Assembly (NCBI GenBank): GCA_963727455.1
Contig: CAVSGG010000008.1
Location: forward strand, 416,001-480,000
DNA from: Candidatus Krumholzibacteriota bacterium
GTDB taxonomy: Bacteria > Krumholzibacteriota > Krumholzibacteriia > JAJRXK01
Reading direction: 5' to 3'
Length of the DNA stretch: 64,000 nucleotides
Positions 58,709 to 64,000 of the stretch are shown here, piece by piece. The first letter of the stretch is position 1; every line of letters starts with the position of its first letter. The notes under the pieces are model-generated. The model saw nothing but the letters and a program-made list of their open reading frames with translations, was not told the origin of the DNA and did not search any database. The translations under genes were made by a program, and so were the position numbers.

Positions 58709-59197
58709 ATGACGATGACGGAGTTGACGATCGGCCGCAAGGCACCGGCGTTCACCGCCAAGAACACCGACGGGAAAAGCGTTTCCCTGAACAAGGACAT
58801 CGTGGGCAAGCCCGCGGTCATCTATTTCTATCCCAAGGACGATACTCCGGGTTGCACGAAGGAGGCTTGCTCGATTCGGGACCACTGGTCCGAGCTGAAG
58901 CGTCGTCACATCCAGGTGTACGGAGTCTCTCCCGACGACGCGGAGAGCCATGCGAAGTTTCGCGACAAGTTCAAGCTCCCCTTTCCCCTACTCTGCGATC
59001 CCGGCCACAAGATCGCCGAGAAGTACGGCGCCTGGGGCGAGAAGAACCTGTACGGCAAGAAGACCTTTGGAATCAAACGCAGCACCTTCCTCTTGGACAA
59101 GGAAGGCCGCATTCAGCACATCTGGAAGAGACCGGACGTGAAGCGGCACGCCGAGCAGATTCTCGAGAAGCTCGATGAGTTCAAAGCCAAGAAGTAG
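58709..59197 (+). CDS. bcp: peroxiredoxin, BCP/PrxQ family
   Basis: YFYPKDDTPGCTKEAC, RSTF. Confidence 0.92.
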   Translation: MTMTELTIGRKAPAFTAKNTDGKSVSLNKDIVGKPAVIYFYPKDDTPGCTKEACSIRDHWSELKRRHIQVYGVSPDDAESHAKFRDKFKLPFPLLCDPGHKIAEKYGAWGEKNLYGKKTFGIKRSTFLLDKEGRIQHIWKRPDVKRHAEQILEKLDEFKAKK

Positions 59198-61061
59198 CCG
59201 CTTTGTGATGCTGTGCGAGGGCGCGCTGGCTGGAGGGCTCTTCGGCGCGCTCGACGCACGTTGGGCGATTCAGGGTACGCATCCGCCCCTTCTCTCCCCT
59301 TTCGAGTGGTGGAGCACCTGGATCGTAGCGCTCGCCCTGGGGGCAGCGTGGGGATGGGTCGCCGCCTTCGTGCTCTCGCTCTTGGCGAGACGCGCGACGG
59401 CGGCCGTCCACGGTCTCACCGTGGGAGCGGCCCTGGCTCCGCTGGTTTTCGCGGCGGTGTTCCTGCGCACGCGGCCCCACTTCGGGCCGGAAGGCAAAAT
59501 GGCTACCCTCGCCGTGGCCAGCGGAATCGCCACCTTTTGTCTCGCGCTCCCCGTAGTTCTCTCACCCACTCTGCGACGGCGATTGCTGCTCCCTTTGGGG
59601 CTCGTGCTCGCGTTTGCGGCCACTCTCAGCGGGGTACTGAAGGCGCCGCGGGCGACGGAAAACACCCCCGTTCCCGCCGAAACGACTGCGGACTCCACTC
59701 CCTCCCTTCTCCTCATCACCCTCGACACGACGCGCTTCGATCACCTTCCTCCGCAGGCACGGTTTCTCGATCCCAAAGGTTTCCTCGAGGGCCTCGATCG
59801 CAAGGCCACTCGCTGGGCCAACTTGACGGCACCCATTCCGCTGACCGGGCCCTCGCACAGCAGCCTCCTCACCGGGCTCACGCCCCTAGAGCACGGAGCC
59901 CAGGACAACGGCTGGCCCATCCGGCCGGGGGTGAGAACCTTGGCGCAAGAGCTTCGCGTCCGGGGATACCGTACCTGTGCGATCCTTTCGTCTGCGGTAC
60001 TTCACCCCGATCTCTGTGGTCTGGATCGTGGCTTTGATGTTTATGACGATTCGTTCCGGCCCGCAGCGCCCATGCGACGGCTAGCCGTCGTGGCCAGCGC
60101 CGAACGGATCGCGCGCTGGCTCACCCGGCGTTCCAGCGGACTGAGCCGACAGCGTCGTGCCCAGGAAACGGTGCAGAACGGCCTTCGCTTTTTGCGCCGG
60201 CATGGACGCCAACCCTTCTTCCTGTGGCTGCACTTCTACGACGCGCACGCCCCCTACCAACCCCTGGGCGCGCCCCCGACGCCGGGTGTTCTGCCCGCGC
60301 TCGCGCGCGAACCGACTCTGAGTGAAGACCCCGACTATTGGCAAAAGCGGCGCGCCTACGCGCAAGAGATCGAGGAAGTGGATCAGGCGCTCACGCGCCT
60401 CCAACGCGAACTGGCGCGCATGGACTTGCTGAAGCAAACTCTCATCGTGGTGGTCACCGACCACGGCGAGAGTTTCGGTACCCACGGCCACGGCTTCCGC
60501 TTCGATCACGGCGCCTATCTCTACGAAGACGAATTGCACCTCGCCGCGTGGTGGCTCGAACCAAACAGCGAGTCCCCTTCGCCGGGTGTCCATCAGGAGC
60601 AGAGTGAAGAGGGCGGGCAAACGCGCACGGTGACCCGCGCGGTGGGCGTGGATGCGCTGGGACGCGCGCTGCTGAGACGTTTCGCGGTGCGGGCGGACAG
60701 TCTGAGCTTTCGCGGCTATAGCCTCTCGCACTCTTCGGTGGCGAACGACACCCTTTGGTTCGATCTGCGCCGGCCGGATTGCAAGTTGATCGCGGGCCGT
60801 ACCCCCTCCGGCGCGATCCTCTACGAGGCGTACGACCTGCAGCACGATCCCGACGAAACCAGCAATCTGCTTCCGGATTTCCAGCCCCCGAGCCGCCACC
60901 ACGAAGCACTTCTCGGGTCGAGAGCACGCGTCGACTGGGAGAAGGACGAGACGATTCTCTCCAGCTACGCGCAGCGAATCCTGGAGAGTTTGAAGCAACC
61001 CCGGCCCGAGCTGTCCGAAAGTGCTCGCGCGCGCCTCAAGAGTCTGGGCTACCTGCGTTGA
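59175..61061 (+). CDS. membrane-anchored sulfatase-like (alkaline phosphatase superfamily) protein
   Basis: About five TM helices, then ITLDTTRFD, LTGPSHSSLLTG, HFYDAHAPY, TDHGE, LKSLGYL. Confidence 0.88.
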   Translation: MSSKPRSSRFVMLCEGALAGGLFGALDARWAIQGTHPPLLSPFEWWSTWIVALALGAAWGWVAAFVLSLLARRATAAVHGLTVGAALAPLVFAAVFLRTRPHFGPEGKMATLAVASGIATFCLALPVVLSPTLRRRLLLPLGLVLAFAATLSGVLKAPRATENTPVPAETTADSTPSLLLITLDTTRFDHLPPQARFLDPKGFLEGLDRKATRWANLTAPIPLTGPSHSSLLTGLTPLEHGAQDNGWPIRPGVRTLAQELRVRGYRTCAILSSAVLHPDLCGLDRGFDVYDDSFRPAAPMRRLAVVASAERIARWLTRRSSGLSRQRRAQETVQNGLRFLRRHGRQPFFLWLHFYDAHAPYQPLGAPPTPGVLPALAREPTLSEDPDYWQKRRAYAQEIEEVDQALTRLQRELARMDLLKQTLIVVVTDHGESFGTHGHGFRFDHGAYLYEDELHLAAWWLEPNSESPSPGVHQEQSEEGGQTRTVTRAVGVDALGRALLRRFAVRADSLSFRGYSLSHSSVANDTLWFDLRRPDCKLIAGRTPSGAILYEAYDLQHDPDETSNLLPDFQPPSRHHEALLGSRARVDWEKDETILSSYAQRILESLKQPRPELSESARARLKSLGYLR

Positions 61062-61295
61062 ACGAGGCCACAGCCTCCTCCCGTGCGGGAATGACCGAGT
61101 GGGAACAGGCATGATGGCATCTTCGCCTACGGCCCGGGCAGCCTCGAGCAGGAGTTCAGGGTGGTGCTTGTCGTTCTCTCCCGGTGCGGCTAAGTTCAAC
61201 CGGAGCTTGGGCGGAAGCCGCGGAAGAGAAGATCCTGCGCCCTTTCGGCCCGGCCCCGATGTCCTCGCAGCCATTTTCCTTCGAGGTGTTCCGCG

Positions 61296-61895
61296 GTGAG
61301 CATGTCCGAACTCGAGCTGGACTTCGTGCGACAGGGGATTCGTTCCAGCATCGAGTTGAAACAATCTCTGTTGGATCAGGCCGCAACCATCGCTGCGATG
61401 GCCAAGGCCGTCGCCGAGGCTCTTGGCCGAGGAGGCTCTCTTCTGGCCTTTGGAAACGGAGGCAGCGCCGCCGACGCGCAGCACATCGCCGCCGAACTCA
61501 GCGGCCGTTTCGAGCGGGAACGTCCACCGATGTCGGCCGAGGCCCTGACCGTGAATTCCAGCGCGATCACTGCCATCGGGAACGACTACGGTTTCGAGGA
61601 GATCTTCGCGCGCCAACTCGAGGGACGCGCCCGGCCGGGAGACATTGCCCTGGGGATTTCGACCAGCGGGAACAGTCCCAACGTCCTGCGCGCCCTGAGG
61701 CTGGCCAAGACCAAGGGACTGCGCAGCTTGGGAATGACGGGAATCGGCGGGGGTAAGATGGCAAGCGAGGGAGTGTGTGATCATCTCCTGATGGTTCCCA
61801 GTTCGAACACCGCCCGGATCCAGGAATGCCACATCCTGGTGGGTCACCTTCTCTGCGGATGGCTCGAGAAAGAACTCCACGGCCGCACGCAATGA
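61296..61895 (+). CDS. gmhA: D-sedoheptulose-7-phosphate isomerase
   Basis: GNGGSAADAQH, NDYG, STSGNS, RIQECH. Confidence 0.95.
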   Translation: MSMSELELDFVRQGIRSSIELKQSLLDQAATIAAMAKAVAEALGRGGSLLAFGNGGSAADAQHIAAELSGRFERERPPMSAEALTVNSSAITAIGNDYGFEEIFARQLEGRARPGDIALGISTSGNSPNVLRALRLAKTKGLRSLGMTGIGGGKMASEGVCDHLLMVPSSNTARIQECHILVGHLLCGWLEKELHGRTQ

Positions 61896-63106
61896 TGAGA
61901 TCCAGGTGGTTCGTCCTCTTCGCCCTGCCGATCTACGCGTTTGCCATCGCTGCCCCCCTCTCCGTCGCGGTTGGAGCAATTTGCGCCGGGACCCTCGCCG
62001 TCCTTGCCCTGGTGCGTTGCTTCGTTCGCCCGCGACCCTACGGGGCCGTCCCGCGCTCCCTCGCCCTCGTCCTCCTCGCCTACTTCCTGGCTCACCTTTG
62101 CGCGACCGTGTTCGCGGCCCCCTATCCCAGCAACTGGGGCAAACTGCTGGGAGAAATGTGGCTCAAGTTGCTGCTGATCTCCGTGCCAGTGGTGGCCTTC
62201 GGCCTATCGGAACACGTCCGGCGCGCCGTCAAACTTCTCCTTCTGGTGGGCGCCGCAGTCGCCGTTTACGGAATCTGGCAACACTTCAGCGGAGTCGATT
62301 GGTGGCACCATCGCGCGGCGCCCATGACCGGTGGTCAGTACATGTCGGTGGCGTTCTTCGGCCATCACCTGACCTACGGCGGCCACGTCATGCTGCTGTT
62401 CATTGTATCGGTGTCCTGGGCTCTTCTCAGCCGCGATGTGAAGAAGCTCGAGCGCGCGCTCGCAATCTGTGCTGCGGTTCTCACGGGCCTGGCGCTGCTC
62501 TGGTCCTTCGCGCGCAGCGCCCAGATCGGAGCACTGGTCGGGGTTCTCGTCCTTGGCATCGCGATTCCCCGGCGGCGCAAGTGGATCGCTCTGGCGCCGC
62601 TTTTGGCAATGGGCGTGGCCCTTCTAGCCACCCCCGCTCTCATGGCGCGCGTGACCGCGCTCTTTGAGCCGGGCGCCGAAGAGACCCGCAGAAATCTCTG
62701 GAGTTCCTCGGTGCAGGGAATTCTCGCGCGACCGTGGCTGGGCTTCGGTCCGGGGAACTTCGGCCGCATGATGCAGGGCTACGAGGTCCCGGGCTTCTAC
62801 GATACGAAGTCCCACGCCCACAACGACTTCCTGATGCACGGGGTGAACGCGGGCGCCTTGGGACTGCTCGCGGCGCTCGCGCTCCTGATCCTCAGTATGG
62901 TCCTTCTGTGGAGGGCCCGGCGAGGCGCAGTCCGCGGGGCCTTCCTCCTCACCGGAGTGTTCGCGTGCCAGGCCGGAATCTCCATCGCGGGGCTCTTCCA
63001 GGTCTACCAGACCGACGACGAGGTGGAGATGTTGCTCTATTTCCTCCTGGGAGCGGCCTTTGCCCTGGCCGCGCGCCGCCAGCCCTCGCCGCCGGACAGC
63101 CCCTGA
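61892..63106 (+). CDS. O-antigen ligase (WaaL/Wzy_C) family protein
   Basis: Multi-TM, SFARSA, R..LW...PWLGFGPGNF, HAHN. Confidence 0.88.
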   Translation: MMRSRWFVLFALPIYAFAIAAPLSVAVGAICAGTLAVLALVRCFVRPRPYGAVPRSLALVLLAYFLAHLCATVFAAPYPSNWGKLLGEMWLKLLLISVPVVAFGLSEHVRRAVKLLLLVGAAVAVYGIWQHFSGVDWWHHRAAPMTGGQYMSVAFFGHHLTYGGHVMLLFIVSVSWALLSRDVKKLERALAICAAVLTGLALLWSFARSAQIGALVGVLVLGIAIPRRRKWIALAPLLAMGVALLATPALMARVTALFEPGAEETRRNLWSSSVQGILARPWLGFGPGNFGRMMQGYEVPGFYDTKSHAHNDFLMHGVNAGALGLLAALALLILSMVLLWRARRGAVRGAFLLTGVFACQAGISIAGLFQVYQTDDEVEMLLYFLLGAAFALAARRQPSPPDSP

Positions 63107-63320
63107 CCGCCCCCACTCTTGGCTGGCTCCCTCTCGTCCACTCTTCTTGGAACCACCCGCGCAGCTCCCCTTCGTTCGGGCCGATTGAGCACCGGGATTC
63201 CCGCGCTCCACTCTCGGCATCCGCCTTGCTGGATGACGCGATGCCCGGGGCTTCCCTCGCCATCTCCTCCCTAAGGGAGCGGATGTGCCCCGGGCGAAAC
63301 ATTCAACGGGGATGTGTGCG

Positions 63321-64000
63321 ATGCCGTATCGAGCTGCCGCGAGATTGGATGGACCGGGGATTCTGGCCACTGCAAAGCCGCCGCGAAAGAGTAGCGACTT
63401 TAAGCCCTCGATCATCGCCACCGTCTCCTGTAGCACTCCGGTTCTGCGTGGCGTGGATCTGATACGTCTGGATGCAGCCCACGGTACTCTGGCCGAGATC
63501 ACTCGCACCCGCACGTACTACTCCTGTCCCGCCATCCTGGATCTGCCCGGGCCCACGAGCACCGCGCGGACCAGCCTTCTCACCACAAGCGAATTTCTGA
63601 TCTTTGCCGCGGCCGAGGGATTCGACTGGGTCACGCTCAATGGCGTGCGTGAGCTCCGCGAGATTCAGCACGCGCGCGAACTCTTGCTGCCCTCGATTCA
63701 AATCGCGAGTTCCAGCTCTGCGCCCGAGGAACTCGGGGACACCCAACTCGAGTCGATCGTAGCTGCGAGCGATGCCTTGGTTCTCCCGTACGGACAACTC
63801 GCGCTGAGAATCGGTGGGGATCGGGCGCGCCAGCAGGTCGGACGGGCTCTGGTCGCGTGTGCGCGGCAAGCTCGTCCTCTCCTGCTCTCGGGAGGTCTTC
63901 TGAGCACCATGGTGGATTCCCGAATGCCGGAGATCTCGCAACTGGAATGGCTCGGCGAATTCGCCAACGCCGGCTGTGCCGGCTTCGTACTGACTGAAGA
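63321..64000 (+). CDS. pyruvate-kinase-like barrel protein, degenerate, no B domain (runs off the window)
   Basis: Manual translation: SIIATV, GVDLIRLDAAHG, AILDLPGP, GFDWV, SIVAASDALV, LLSTMV, GCAGFVLTE are collinear with the PK A domain. Confidence 0.75.
   Translation, partial: MPYRAAARLDGPGILATAKPPRKSSDFKPSIIATVSCSTPVLRGVDLIRLDAAHGTLAEITRTRTYYSCPAILDLPGPTSTARTSLLTTSEFLIFAAAEGFDWVTLNGVRELREIQHARELLLPSIQIASSSSAPEELGDTQLESIVAASDALVLPYGQLALRIGGDRARQQVGRALVACARQARPLLLSGGLLSTMVDSRMPEISQLEWLGEFANAGCAGFVLTE

Noticed and set aside
60081-61979. 632-aa minus-strand ORF and similar long antisense ORFs (e.g. 46622-47896, 8273-9733)
   Set aside because: Shadow frames of well-supported genes on the opposite strand.

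Overview
GC-rich bacterial chromosomal window of about 50 densely packed genes. I see no rRNA, tRNA, CRISPR array or mobile element. A C-terminal 'TSSFGSLKAGF' motif and the gene content tentatively suggest an FCB-related lineage such as Krumholzibacteria, Eisenbacteria or Latescibacteria. Content is mostly cell envelope (GT2, GT4 and GT-C glycosyltransferases, Wzx, WaaL-like ligase, gmhA, beta-barrel, lipoproteins), signalling (three kinase-type genes, a sigma-54 activator, MarR, Rrf2) and metabolism (speD, queF, pckA, serA/aminotransferase, ALDH7, M16 pair, bcp). Main points not shown by the ORF track: (1) a complete sigma-54 enhancer module at 5630-14440, with palindromic UAS sites, an IHF-like site and a -24/-12 promoter driving a TPR gene beside a GT2-fusion/lipoprotein/kinase/activator operon; (2) a highly structured region of about 600 nt with no credible ORF and its own terminator (45965-46560); (3) a pyruvate-kinase-like pseudoenzyme lacking the B domain and catalytic residues (63321 to window end); (4) several other intact ORFs with degenerate active sites (LytS-like kinase, MDR pair, crotonase, RsbW-like); (5) an uncalled small zinc-finger ORF (48223-48420). 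All assignments come from reading motifs by eye; no database searches were run.
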